From: Dehalococcoidia bacterium
Lineage (GTDB): Bacteria > Chloroflexota > Dehalococcoidia > UBA2979
Direction: 5' to 3'
NCBI GenBank assembly: GCA_965262725.1
Contig: OZ253555.1
Span: 1,152,001-1,216,000 of the forward strand
Length of the DNA stretch: 64,000 nucleotides
The stretch's first letter is position 1. Each line of letters begins with the position of its first letter. Of this stretch, positions 53,079 to 63,193 are shown piece after piece. A program made the translations under genes and the position numbers. The notes below the pieces were generated by a model. It made no database searches. It saw only the letters and a program-made list of their open reading frames with translations, and was not told where the DNA came from.

Positions 53079-53999
53079 ATGGTAGGTGCGGTTCTTGCCC
53101 GTCGAGCGATTCAGGCGTTCTTCGTCCTCTTCCTGCTGGTATCGACACTCTTCTTCGTCTCACGTATGTCGGGAGACCCGGTCGTCATGCTCACCGAGGG
53201 TGCGATCGATCCGGAAGACGTGGAGGCACTGCGGGAGGCCTACGGATTCAACGACCCGATCGTCGTGCAGTACGTTCGCTTCCTCGGCGAGATCTCAAGG
53301 GGGGACTTCGGCGACTCGGTGCGGACCTTCCAGCCCGCCCGCGATCTCGTGATCCAGCGCATTCAGGTCAGCCTGCAGCTGGTCATCCCGGCCAAGATCC
53401 TCGTCATCGCCATAGCGCTACCGCTGGGGGCGGTCGCAGCCGTCAAGCGCGGCGCGATCGGCGCGTTCGCCATGATCATGGCCGTCGTCTTCCAGTCGGT
53501 GCCTTCGTTCTTCCTCGGGGTCCTCTACATCTTCCTCTTCGGGGTCACGCTGGGCTGGTTGCCGGTGTTCGGGACCGGAGGTGTCGAACACTTCATTCTT
53601 CCGGTCGCGACGCTGATGGGCTACCCGCTCGCGCGCTACACGCGGCTGATGCGGGCGCAGGTCTCCGAGACGTTGACGCAGGAGTACGTGCGCACCGCCC
53701 GCGCGAAGGGCCTCGCCGAGACGAAGGTGATCCGCAAGCACGTGATGCGTAACTCGCTGCTCCCGATCATCACGGTGATGGGCGTCGACATTGGGACGCT
53801 CGTCGGCAGCGCGATCATCGTCGAGGCGGTTTTCGCGTGGCCCGGGTTCGGCACGCTGGTCGTCGAGGCGGCGAAGACGCGCGACTACCCTGTGATCCAG
53901 GCGGCGGGCTTCACGATCGGTCTGCTGGTGCTCACCGGCAGCTTGGTGGCGGACTTCGCGTACGGTCTCATCGACCCGCGTATTCGCCGGAAGAGCTAG
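53079..53999 (+). CDS. peptide/nickel ABC permease (DppB-like)
   Basis: GDFGDS, EYVRTARAKGL, EAVFAWPG and DPRIR. Confidence 0.92.
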   Translation: MVGAVLARRAIQAFFVLFLLVSTLFFVSRMSGDPVVMLTEGAIDPEDVEALREAYGFNDPIVVQYVRFLGEISRGDFGDSVRTFQPARDLVIQRIQVSLQLVIPAKILVIAIALPLGAVAAVKRGAIGAFAMIMAVVFQSVPSFFLGVLYIFLFGVTLGWLPVFGTGGVEHFILPVATLMGYPLARYTRLMRAQVSETLTQEYVRTARAKGLAETKVIRKHVMRNSLLPIITVMGVDIGTLVGSAIIVEAVFAWPGFGTLVVEAAKTRDYPVIQAAGFTIGLLVLTGSLVADFAYGLIDPRIRRKS

Positions 54000-54058
54000 G
54001 AGCGAGAGCGCGCGGCAGCGGGCAATCGCCTGGGCCGCAGACGGGCAGGATGTGCTGA

Positions 54059-55048
54059 ATGGCTAACTCACCAATGGACATGGGCGGCATCGGTGGCGGT
54101 AGCGTTCCCGGTCCCGATGCCGGTGGCGCGGCCGCGCTCGGAGCCGCGCCCGAGGCGTTCCAGATCGCGGCGGCTCGATCGCGGTGGGACCGGCTCTGGA
54201 ACCACCGCATGGTGGTCGGCTTCGTCCGTTACCCACCGGCTGCCTTCGCGGTCGTTATCGTCTTCTTCTTCGTCTCGATGGCGATGCTCGGCCCATACGT
54301 GATCAGCTGGGATCCGGATAAGCCGGACCTGCGCAGCGCGCTGCAGCCGCCCGACTTCAGCCTCGCCGTGAACTCTCATCATCTGCTGGGCACCGACTCG
54401 GTGGGTCGCGATGTCTTCACGCGCATCCTCGTGGGCGGGCGCGTCTCGATCCTGCTGGGGATCGTCGGGGCGTCCGGCGCGGCCACCATCGGCGTGGCCC
54501 TCGGGATGACCGCGGGCTGGAACCGCGGTATCACCGGTGCGATCATCATGCGCTGGGCCGACCTGCAGATCGCGCTGCCTCTCCTCCTGATGGCGCTGAC
54601 CATCGCGGCCGTGTTCGGCCCAGGACTCCACATCTTGCTCATCCTCTTCGCCGTCTGGTTCTGGGGGCCCTACGCCCGAATCTCGGAGGGCTTGACTCTT
54701 TCGGTGAAGAACCGCGAGTTCGTCGAAGCGGCCCGGACGATCGGGGCGGCGCCGCCGCGCATCGTGGCGCGGCATGTCTTCCCGCACCTGATCTCGCCGC
54801 TGCTCGTGCTGTGGTCGTTCTCGGCGGCGATCCTGATCATCATCGAGGCGTCGCTCTCCTTCCTCGGCGTGGGCATCCCACCGCCCACAGCCAGCTGGGG
54901 ATCGATGCTCTCGGAGGGCCGGCAGTTCCTGCACCGCGCGTCGTGGCTGGCGATCTACCCCGGTCTGGCGATCTCGCTGACCGTGTGGTCGATCAACACG
55001 CTCGGCGACCGCCTGCGCGACGTGGTCGACCGCCGGCAGTACCTCTAG
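54059..55048 (+). CDS. peptide/nickel ABC permease (DppC-like)
   Basis: LLGTDSVGRD, EFVEAARTIGA, EASLSFLG and LGDRLRD. Confidence 0.92.
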   Translation: MANSPMDMGGIGGGSVPGPDAGGAAALGAAPEAFQIAAARSRWDRLWNHRMVVGFVRYPPAAFAVVIVFFFVSMAMLGPYVISWDPDKPDLRSALQPPDFSLAVNSHHLLGTDSVGRDVFTRILVGGRVSILLGIVGASGAATIGVALGMTAGWNRGITGAIIMRWADLQIALPLLLMALTIAAVFGPGLHILLILFAVWFWGPYARISEGLTLSVKNREFVEAARTIGAAPPRIVARHVFPHLISPLLVLWSFSAAILIIIEASLSFLGVGIPPPTASWGSMLSEGRQFLHRASWLAIYPGLAISLTVWSINTLGDRLRDVVDRRQYL

Positions 55049-55088
55049 GAGAGACCAGCTGGCGAGGGGCCCATCGGGGCACCGAGGG

Positions 55089-55120
55089 GAAGCGCCGCCT
55101 CGAGGCGGCGCTTCTCTTTC
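55089..55120 (+). terminator. putative intrinsic terminator
   Basis: Perfect palindrome GAAGCGCCGCCTCGAGGCGGCGCTTC followed by TCTTTC. Confidence 0.6.
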
Positions 55121-55316
55121 TCCGCCCGGGGCGGGTGCCCGGACCATCCCCCTCTGCCGCTGTTGCGGCGCTACCGCGTTTCGCGTTTACTGACGCGGCT
55201 CACGGCCAGAGGCCGCTCCCGAGGTCGAGCAGGCTGGACGACGGGCGCAGCGTCGGCTCGCGCGCCGGCAGTCCGACGCGGCCGCCGGGGTCGCGGACAA
55301 GGCGAGGAGTTGCGTG

Positions 55317-56147
55317 ATGACGTCGGTGACCGGGCAGTTCGTCTCGTACGAGACCGGCCAGCCCTACGAGACCTTGCTCGTGGAGGTGGTGGATCGCGTG
55401 GCGACCGTCACACTGAACCGTCCGGAGAGCGGCAACGCGCTGAACGCGCAGCTCCACGCCGAACTCGCCGACTTCTGGCAGGGGGCCCGCGACGACGATG
55501 ACGTGTGGGTCGTGATCCTCACGGGGGCCGGCCAGCGGCACTTCTGCACCGGCGCCGACATGCGCGAGGCGGCGTCGGGCTCCGAGGGGAGGCTGGGGAG
55601 CCGCCGCGTGATGGGGCTGCCGTGGCCGTACCGCTTCTTCAAGCCGATCATCTGCGCCCTCAACGGGACCACGGCGGGCGGGGGCCTCATCTTCGCGTGG
55701 GAGGCGCACATCACCATCGCCGCTGACCACGTCACGTTCCTCGAGCCGCACCTCTCCGTCGGACAGGTGCCGGCGAGCGAGATCTACGGCCTCGCCAACG
55801 GCGGGCTCCCCTGGAGCATTGGTCACCGCATGGCACTCATGGGGACTACGGGCGAGCGCGTCTCCGCCCAGCGCATGTACGAGCTCGGCGTCGTGTCGGA
55901 GCTGGTACCGGGCGAGCGGCTTCTCGAGCGGGCCCGCGAGCTGGCGGACAACGTGATGCAGATGTCGCCGCTCGCGACGCGTGCCTACCTCGAGGGCGCC
56001 TGGCAGATGCGGGAGGACGGCGCCGGCGTATCCGCCGGCAGCGCGTACGGCCACGAGCTCGGGCACGCGCTCCGCGCGACCGAGGACTACTCCGAGGGGC
56101 CGCGCTCCTTCGTGGAAAAGCGCCGCCCTGTCTGGAAGGCGCGCTAG
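55317..56147 (+). CDS. enoyl-CoA hydratase/isomerase family protein
   Basis: TLNRPE..NAL, FCTGAD, KPIICALNG and EGPRSFVEKR. Confidence 0.9.
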   Translation: MTSVTGQFVSYETGQPYETLLVEVVDRVATVTLNRPESGNALNAQLHAELADFWQGARDDDDVWVVILTGAGQRHFCTGADMREAASGSEGRLGSRRVMGLPWPYRFFKPIICALNGTTAGGGLIFAWEAHITIAADHVTFLEPHLSVGQVPASEIYGLANGGLPWSIGHRMALMGTTGERVSAQRMYELGVVSELVPGERLLERARELADNVMQMSPLATRAYLEGAWQMREDGAGVSAGSAYGHELGHALRATEDYSEGPRSFVEKRRPVWKAR

Positions 56148-56157
56148 GGCAGCCGCT

Positions 56158-58590
56158 GTGATTGCCGATCTCGTCGTTCAACTCGGACAGGGCCTGGCGT
56201 CGGCGCAGGCGGCGTTGCTGCTCGCCCGCTTCGGGGCGCGGACCGTCCGCATCGTCGGGCAGGGCGGGGCTCCCGATCGGTGGGACCGCTCCGAGGTCCT
56301 GCGCGAGGCGTATGCCTACGGTGCCGAGAGCTTCCACGCGGAGGGCGAGCTCGATGCGGAGGCCCTCGCCGTTCTGCTGGATCGCGCTGACGTTGTGATC
56401 GACGATCGCCCGCTCTCCTACTGGAGCGCGCGCGGGGTCGACCTGCGGGCGCTCTACGAAGGCGACAAGCCCCCTCACGCGATCTGGTGCGGTATCACGC
56501 CGTACGGCCTCTTTGGCATCGGCGCCGAGTGGGAGGGGACGGAGCTCACGGAGCAGGCGAGCGGGCCGATGCTGCTGCGTATCGGCGAGCCCGGGCGACC
56601 CCCGCTGCCGATGAAGGGTCCGCAGGCGGAGGTAGGCGCAGGCTGGCACGCCGTGGTCGCGATCGCCGCTCTCCGATTCTCTCGAGAGCGCGGCGGCCCC
56701 GGTGCGCTCCTAGACGTCTCCATCCAGGAGTGCCTCTACATGCACTCCGAGCTTGGTGCCGTGAACTGGTTCTACAACGGCCTCGAGATCTCACACTGGC
56801 TCAATGCGAAGCCCACGGCCGCCGCCAGCGGCTATCCCAGCAGGGATGGACGGACTGTCCACATGCTCTTCCACGACCGCGAGTGGCCGCGCGTGGCCCG
56901 CATGATCGGCCGCACCGACCTCGAGCGCGATGAGCGCTTCATGGCGCGATACAACCGCATGCAGCACATGGAGGAGATGGACGCACTCCTGATCCCGTGG
57001 TTCCTCGAGCGCACAGCGATGGAGGCGGTGGAGGCCGCGCAGGAGGCCGGCATGCCGATGTCGGTGGTGCGCTCGCCCGACGAGGTTCTGGACGATCCCC
57101 AGCTGCTGGCGCGCGGCAATTTCGAAGTGATCGAAGCCGGCGGGACGCGTGTCCGCTTCCCCGTCGGCACCGGCCGTCTCTCCGGCCACGACGAGGCGCC
57201 GGTGCGGCGGCTGAGCGCGCCGGCCACCCGCTCGCTCGGCGAGTTGCTCCGCGAGCTGTCCGAGCGGGCGCTGCCCGACCGCGTCGTCCCGGCCGGAGGT
57301 CGAGCAGGGCGCGACCCGCTCCTCCCGCTTGCCGGCGTGCGCGTGCTCGATCTCACCAATACCTGGGCGGCGCCAAAGGGCGCGACGATGCTCGGCGATC
57401 TCGGGGCCGAGGTGATCAAGCTTGAGGGCCTCGAGTGGATGGACATGCTGCGGGGATTCACCGCCCCGCCGCGTCCGCACCCGAGCTACCCGGGGCACGA
57501 GCCCGGCGAGAAGCCCTGGGATCGCTACGTCATGTGGCTGGGGCTCGCCCGCAACAAACTCTCCGCCGGCGTCGAGCTGACGCGGCCCGAGGGTCAGCGC
57601 CTCCTTGAGGAGCTGGTCGCTCGTTGCGACGTCGTGGTGACGAACATGTCGCAGGGGACGCGCGCGCGGCAGAACATCTCCTTCGAGCGACTGCGCGCCC
57701 TCAATCCCGGGATCGTCTTCGCGACGCTCTCGGGCTACGGCGAGGACGGGCCCCGTGGAGGCTGGCGGCTCTTCGGCGACGGTCAGGCGGCCTTCGCGGG
57801 GCTCTTCGTCGGGACAGGCTACGAGGGCGAGGGCTCGGCCCCGCTCGGTGCCTACGGCGATCCGGTGAACGGCATCGCCTTCGCGTTCCACGTTGTGCAG
57901 GGCCTGCGCGCGCGAGAGCGTACAGGGACGGCCACCCACGTCGATGTCTCCTGCGTCGAGACGTGCACGTCCTACTCGGCGGAGACATTGGTCGAGTCGC
58001 AGCTCGGCGTCCCGACCGAGTCTGGCGTCGGCTTCGACGCGCGGGGCGTGCCGGGCCGCTGGCCTCACGCTATCTACCGCTGCGCCGGCGAAAACGCATG
58101 GGTCGCCATCTCGTGCGGCACCGATACTCAGCGCGAGGCGCTCGCGGCCGGACTCGCGGCGCTCGGCGCGGAGGACGCCGCGGACGCGACCGGCCTGGAG
58201 GCTCTCGACGCGCTCCTCGCTGGCGTCTGCGCGGAGCGTGAGCCGTCATCGCTCGAGCAGCAGCTTCGCCCCCGGGGCGTTCCGTGCCAGCGCGTGACGC
58301 GCGCCCGGGACATCGACGCCGATCCGGTGCTTGCGGCTCGCGACTTTCTGACGTGGCTCTATCGTGATGATCTCGGAACCTACCCCGTGTACAGTGCGCC
58401 CTGGCTCGTGAACGGTCGGCGCCCCCCGATCACACACGCGCCGGCCGAGATGGGCGAGGACAACGGGTACGTATTCGCGGAGCTGCTCGGGAAGAACGAG
58501 GCGGAGATCGCCGAACTGGAGCGTGCCGGCGCGATCGGCGACAGGCCGCTCGTCGGCGCGGAGCTCGGCTTCCGTCCGACTCGCTCCTAG
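56158..58590 (+). CDS. two-domain CaiB/BaiF (family III) CoA-transferase
   Basis: Two CaiB-like halves; the second has LAGVRVLDL...LGDLGAEVIK..RNK and SGYG..GP. Confidence 0.88.
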   Translation: MIADLVVQLGQGLASAQAALLLARFGARTVRIVGQGGAPDRWDRSEVLREAYAYGAESFHAEGELDAEALAVLLDRADVVIDDRPLSYWSARGVDLRALYEGDKPPHAIWCGITPYGLFGIGAEWEGTELTEQASGPMLLRIGEPGRPPLPMKGPQAEVGAGWHAVVAIAALRFSRERGGPGALLDVSIQECLYMHSELGAVNWFYNGLEISHWLNAKPTAAASGYPSRDGRTVHMLFHDREWPRVARMIGRTDLERDERFMARYNRMQHMEEMDALLIPWFLERTAMEAVEAAQEAGMPMSVVRSPDEVLDDPQLLARGNFEVIEAGGTRVRFPVGTGRLSGHDEAPVRRLSAPATRSLGELLRELSERALPDRVVPAGGRAGRDPLLPLAGVRVLDLTNTWAAPKGATMLGDLGAEVIKLEGLEWMDMLRGFTAPPRPHPSYPGHEPGEKPWDRYVMWLGLARNKLSAGVELTRPEGQRLLEELVARCDVVVTNMSQGTRARQNISFERLRALNPGIVFATLSGYGEDGPRGGWRLFGDGQAAFAGLFVGTGYEGEGSAPLGAYGDPVNGIAFAFHVVQGLRARERTGTATHVDVSCVETCTSYSAETLVESQLGVPTESGVGFDARGVPGRWPHAIYRCAGENAWVAISCGTDTQREALAAGLAALGAEDAADATGLEALDALLAGVCAEREPSSLEQQLRPRGVPCQRVTRARDIDADPVLAARDFLTWLYRDDLGTYPVYSAPWLVNGRRPPITHAPAEMGEDNGYVFAELLGKNEAEIAELERAGAIGDRPLVGAELGFRPTRS

Positions 58591-58684
58591 CGGTGCCGAC
58601 GCCCGCGTATCGAGAGTGGTGGTCAGCGCCGCGTGAGGGACGGCCGCGTCCGTCGTCGTTGTGGAGCGGGGTGAGGAGAGCGAT

Positions 58685-59707
58685 ATGAAGTACGGGGTGA
58701 CGCTTGCGGCCGTGCCGGGCTCGAAGATGCGCGGCGTCTACGCCAAGAAGGCACAGGACGCGGGGTTCGATTCCGCCTGGACGGACGATAACCCCGCCTC
58801 GGATGGCATCGTGCATATGTCGGCAATGGCCGCCGGCGCCCCGGGGATCCGCGTCGGCTCCGGCATCCTGCGCGCGTTCCTGCGCAATCCGGTCACGGTC
58901 GCGTCGTCCTATCTGACGATGAACGCTCTCACCGAGCGGGGCGTCATCCTCGGCATAGCGACCGGCACCAAGCTCCAGAACATGTACCAGTACGGAATCG
59001 ACGTGCCGCGGCCGATTCACCGGTTGCGCTCCGTGATCGACATAGTGCGCGCCTTCTGGGCGTCGGTGGAGGCGGGTGAGACCTTCCGCTGGGATGACGA
59101 GTACTACAAGATCCGTGGTATCCGCGCCGTCCGCTCCGACCGTGCCGTGATCCGGCCGATCCCGATCTGGATAGCGGCCGTCAACGAGAACATGCAGCGC
59201 TTTGCCGGCGAGGTGGCCGACGGGCTCTGTGGCCATCCGACCGTCGGTGCCGACTATCTGCGCGAGGTCGTGAGGCCCAACATCGAGGCTGGCCGCGCGA
59301 AGAGCGGCTACGAGGCTCCGTTCGAATTCGGCGTCTGGGCGACGACGGTCGTCCACCCGGACAAGGACAAGGCCCGCCACCTGGCAGGCCAGACCATCGC
59401 GAACTACCTCTCGACGAAGAGCTACCAGGGCATCTTGCAGTACTACGGCATCGGCGATCGCTACGAGGCGATCCGCCAGGCGGTGCAGGTTGATCGCGAC
59501 ATGGATCGCGCCTCGCAGCTCATCGGAAGCGACGTTATCGAGCGCATCGCCATCACTGGCCCCGCGGACGAGGTGCGCGAGGAGCTGACCAAGCGGTACG
59601 TGGGCGTGGCGGACCAGGTCATCGTCGCCTCCGCCGGCAGCTTCGGCGACTCGCTGGAGGATCGACTTCGGACGATCGATGCCGTGGTGAGAGCCCCGCT
59701 CGAGTGA
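58685..59707 (+). CDS. LLM-class flavin/F420-dependent oxidoreductase
   Basis: IRVGSGI, VILGIATG, IPIWIAAV and AGEVADG. Confidence 0.85.
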   Translation: MKYGVTLAAVPGSKMRGVYAKKAQDAGFDSAWTDDNPASDGIVHMSAMAAGAPGIRVGSGILRAFLRNPVTVASSYLTMNALTERGVILGIATGTKLQNMYQYGIDVPRPIHRLRSVIDIVRAFWASVEAGETFRWDDEYYKIRGIRAVRSDRAVIRPIPIWIAAVNENMQRFAGEVADGLCGHPTVGADYLREVVRPNIEAGRAKSGYEAPFEFGVWATTVVHPDKDKARHLAGQTIANYLSTKSYQGILQYYGIGDRYEAIRQAVQVDRDMDRASQLIGSDVIERIAITGPADEVREELTKRYVGVADQVIVASAGSFGDSLEDRLRTIDAVVRAPLE

Positions 59708-59866
59708 TAGTATTCGGCCATCCGGGGCTCGGCGGGGGGGTGCCGTCCGCAGGCGAGCGACGCCAGCTCCCTCTAGGTCTCGGTCGAGGGAAGCGTCGAC
59801 CCCGGCGTCCGGGTGTGGCGCGCGAGTAGCAAGAGAGGGCCCGACTCGGGCCGAAAAGGGGGACAC

Positions 59867-60715
59867 ATGGCATTGTACGGCGTCGATCTCAGCAATATGG
59901 AATCCGGCATCTTCGAACTGCGTGGCACCACCGCCGTGGTCACGCTGAACCGTCCGGAGGCGCTCAACTCGCTGAACACCGCGATCCACCGCGACATAGT
60001 GGCGTGCTGGGACGAAATCAACCGCAACGACGAGATCCGCGCGGCGGTCGTCATCGGCTCCGGTCGCTTCTTCTGCGCCGGCCGCGACATCAAGGAGTTC
60101 GTCGGTACCTACGGTGCCGGCGAGGCGCAGGCACTCCGCCCGATCGACGACCCGGACCACGAGATGTTCGGGGTGCTCGCCAACCACTACCATGTTCGCA
60201 AGCCGCTGATCGGCGCGCTCAACGGCTCCGCGGTCGGCGGCGGCCTCGAGATCGCGATCATGTGCGACATGATCGTGATGGCGGATGACGCCTACATCGC
60301 GGACCTGCACGCGAAGATCAACGTGGGTGGCATGAACTCGATGAACACGTTCCTGCCGCCGATGATCGCGCGTGAGCTCACGATGACGGACCGGCGCCTC
60401 ACGGCGCAGGAGTGCCACATGTGGGGGTTCGCCAACTACGTGGAGCCGAAGGACCAGGTGCTCGACAGGGCGATCGAGATCGCCGAGGCGACCGCGCGGA
60501 TGGGCCCGGACTCGATCCAGCGCCTGAAGCAGGGCTCGATCGATGTCCAGCTCGCCTCGGGGAACATCCAACACCCGGAGTTCCGCGAGGAGCGACGGAA
60601 GATGGTCCGCCAGCAGATGTCGGAGACTGCCTCGGACCACGACCGTATGGAGGGCATGAAGGCGTTCGTCGAGAAGCGCGAGTCGCAGTACGATCGCCCC
60701 GTGAAGGCCGAGTAA
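59867..60715 (+). CDS. enoyl-CoA hydratase/isomerase family protein
   Basis: TLNRPEALN, FCAGRD, GGGLE and EGMKAFVEKR. Confidence 0.9.
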   Translation: MALYGVDLSNMESGIFELRGTTAVVTLNRPEALNSLNTAIHRDIVACWDEINRNDEIRAAVVIGSGRFFCAGRDIKEFVGTYGAGEAQALRPIDDPDHEMFGVLANHYHVRKPLIGALNGSAVGGGLEIAIMCDMIVMADDAYIADLHAKINVGGMNSMNTFLPPMIARELTMTDRRLTAQECHMWGFANYVEPKDQVLDRAIEIAEATARMGPDSIQRLKQGSIDVQLASGNIQHPEFREERRKMVRQQMSETASDHDRMEGMKAFVEKRESQYDRPVKAE

Positions 60716-60739
60716 CCGCCTCCACGAGCAGGTCACCGC

Positions 60740-60772
60740 AAGCGGGCCGGGGCACGACGCCCCGGCCCGCTT
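60740..60772 (+). terminator. 14-bp GC hairpin (terminator or processing stem)
   Basis: AAGCGGGCCGGGGC-ACGAC-GCCCCGGCCCGCTT. Confidence 0.6.
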
Positions 60773-60877
60773 CGTATCGTCCGGCGTCCGGGAAGTGGCA
60801 ACGCCGCCCGGACGCTTCGGCTATGATGCGGGCGACGCGCTGGCCGGGAGCTCGCGCGATGGTGCCGAGGGGGGAAC

Positions 60878-61765
60878 ATGCAGTTCGGCAAGGATCTGGT
60901 CCGCGAACTCGGGCTCGACCTGAACAATCTCGAGGCCGCGACGTTCGAACGGCGCGGCGAGGTCGCCATCGTCACGATGAATCGGCCCGAGGCGGCCAAT
61001 TCGCTTAACACGGCGATGCACCGCGATGTCGTCGCGTGCTGGGACGAGATCAACAACAACGACGAGATCCGGGCCGCCGTGGTCACGGGCAGCGGACGCT
61101 TCTTCTGCGCAGGTCGTGACATCAAGGAGTTTGTCTCGACGTACGGCGAGAAGGACTCCGACGCCCTGCGCCCGATCGATGACCCGAACCACATCATGTT
61201 CGCGACGCAGTGCAACCACTACGATATCTTCAAGCCCCTGATCGTCGCGCTCAACGGCGCCGCGGTGGGCGGCGGTCTTGAGGTCGCGATCATGGCGGAC
61301 ATGGTCGTGATGGCCGACGACACCTATATCGCCGACCTGCACGCGAAGATCAACGTGGGCGGCATGAACTCGATGAACACCTTCCTCCCCCCCATGATCG
61401 CGCGCGAGTTGACGATGACGGACCGCCGCCTGACGGCGGAGGAGTGTCGCCGCTGGGGCTTCGCGAACTACGTGGTGCCGAAGGAGGATGTGCTGGAGAA
61501 GGCGATCGAGGTCGCCCAGGCATCGGCGCGAATGGGCCCGGACTCGATCCGCCATCTCAAGCGGGGTTCCGTGGAGCTGCAGCGTCGCTCCGGCAACCTC
61601 CGGCCTGAGGGCTACTACGAGCGGCGTCGCGAGAACCAGCTCAAGACGGTCGCTCTGGTGAAGTCCGAGAGCGACCGCATGGAGGGGATGCAGGCCTTCG
61701 TCGAGAAGCGCGAGGCCGAGTACACGGGTCCCGTCAAGAACGAGGCGCCCGAGCGTCTCTACTAG
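60878..61765 (+). CDS. enoyl-CoA hydratase/isomerase family protein (close paralog of the previous gene)
   Basis: Shares long identical blocks with it, e.g. IADLHAKINVGGMNSMNTFLPPMIARELTMTDRRLTA. Confidence 0.9.
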   Translation: MQFGKDLVRELGLDLNNLEAATFERRGEVAIVTMNRPEAANSLNTAMHRDVVACWDEINNNDEIRAAVVTGSGRFFCAGRDIKEFVSTYGEKDSDALRPIDDPNHIMFATQCNHYDIFKPLIVALNGAAVGGGLEVAIMADMVVMADDTYIADLHAKINVGGMNSMNTFLPPMIARELTMTDRRLTAEECRRWGFANYVVPKEDVLEKAIEVAQASARMGPDSIRHLKRGSVELQRRSGNLRPEGYYERRRENQLKTVALVKSESDRMEGMQAFVEKREAEYTGPVKNEAPERLY

Positions 61766-62028
61766 CGCGGCGTCCCGGCGGTTCCCGGGGGGTGGTTGGC
61801 GTGCCGCAAGGGGGCCGCGTAGGGCCGCGTCGCCGAGAGCGGCGCGGCCTCATGCTGTGGGCCGGCCCCGGCTTCGGTGCTCTTCGGTGCCCCGGTCCGA
61901 GCATCACCGCGAACCGGCCGCCGGCTCGTTGCGTGCTCTCGGCCGCCCCGCCTAAGCTCCCGTGGTCGCGGAACTCGAGACGGCCGGCGTCCGGCGGTCC
62001 ACCTGCCTAGACGGAGAGGGAGCAGCGC

Positions 62029-63006
62029 ATGGGTACGAAGCTAATCGATGTCCACCGGCACCTCTGGGGTTACGACTGGTTTCCCCCGAGTCACCTCCCC
62101 AAGTTCAGCGCCGAGGGCATTGCGCGCCGCACCAACCGCACCCTCGGCGAGGTCCTGGAGCGGATCAAGCAGTCGCCCACGATGGACCCGACTGGACGGG
62201 TCGCGATCGAGGAGATGGACTACTACGGCATCGATGCCTCGATCATCATGGTGCTCGACTGGGGCCTCGCCTACGGGCCCGAGGAGGACAACCAGCTGCC
62301 GGCCGAGGAGTTCAACCGCCTCGCTCAGGAGGTGGTCCAGCAACACGCCGGGAAGCTGTGGGCGATGGCGAGCTACGACCCGCGACGCCCGCGTGCCGTC
62401 TCGCTCTTCGAGCAGGCGGTGAAGGAGTGGGGTGCCGTCGGGCTCAAGGTCTATCCGCCGAACGGCTACCAGGCGAACGACGAGCGGTGCTTCCCGCTCT
62501 ACGAGAAGGCGATCGAACTCGACGTACCGGTGCTGATCCACACCGGAGGCAACGTCTGGGCCTGGCCGGAGTGGGTCGAGCTGGTCGCGCGGCGCTATCC
62601 GGACCTGCGGATCATCATGGGCCACACGAATCTGCAGGCGCCGTTCGAGACGCAGGCGTACTGGCAGGGGCTGATGTCCGGCTCGCGCCATCGCAACATC
62701 TGGCTCGACCTCTGCGACTGGCAGGCCCTGGGCGCGGTGAAGGAGGAGAATCTCCCCGAGCTGGCCCGCGTAATTCGCGTATTCCTCGACTCGGTCGGAC
62801 CAGAGCGCATCGTGTGGGGCACGGACCTGCCGCAGGCCGGCGTTGGGAGCCGTGCACGCGCGCAGACGATGGCCTGGGCCGACTTCTTCCGGAATCTCCC
62901 GGAGTCCGGCGCCAAGTACGGCGTCCGCTTCACCGAGGAGGAGCGCGACGGAATCTGCCACGGCGCGGCGAAGGCGGCCTTCAGCAACATCGATTTCGGC
63001 TGGTAG
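62029..63006 (+). CDS. amidohydrolase_2-family protein
   Basis: IDVHRH, GLKVYP, VLIHTG, IIMGH and VWGTD.P. Confidence 0.9.
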   Translation: MGTKLIDVHRHLWGYDWFPPSHLPKFSAEGIARRTNRTLGEVLERIKQSPTMDPTGRVAIEEMDYYGIDASIIMVLDWGLAYGPEEDNQLPAEEFNRLAQEVVQQHAGKLWAMASYDPRRPRAVSLFEQAVKEWGAVGLKVYPPNGYQANDERCFPLYEKAIELDVPVLIHTGGNVWAWPEWVELVARRYPDLRIIMGHTNLQAPFETQAYWQGLMSGSRHRNIWLDLCDWQALGAVKEENLPELARVIRVFLDSVGPERIVWGTDLPQAGVGSRARAQTMAWADFFRNLPESGAKYGVRFTEEERDGICHGAAKAAFSNIDFGW

Positions 63007-63193
63007 GCGCGCCGAACCGGGTGCCCGGCGGGCAGGCGGGCGCCCGACCTTCTCGCCGAAGGGTCGTCCCGATCCGCTCGTGCGCGGGGCTGTGGACAGG
63101 GGAGGCGGGCGGTGCCTAGGATGCCGCTGCTGCGCCCGGAGGATCCTGCGGGCCCGTTCGCGATATGAGAGAGCCGAGGAGGGAAGCGAGTCG

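Noticed and set aside
58430-60736. Long antisense or alternate-frame ORFs (e.g. 58430..60736, 42401..44221, 48640..50241)
   Set aside because: These are shadow ORFs expected at high GC, overlapping well-supported genes.
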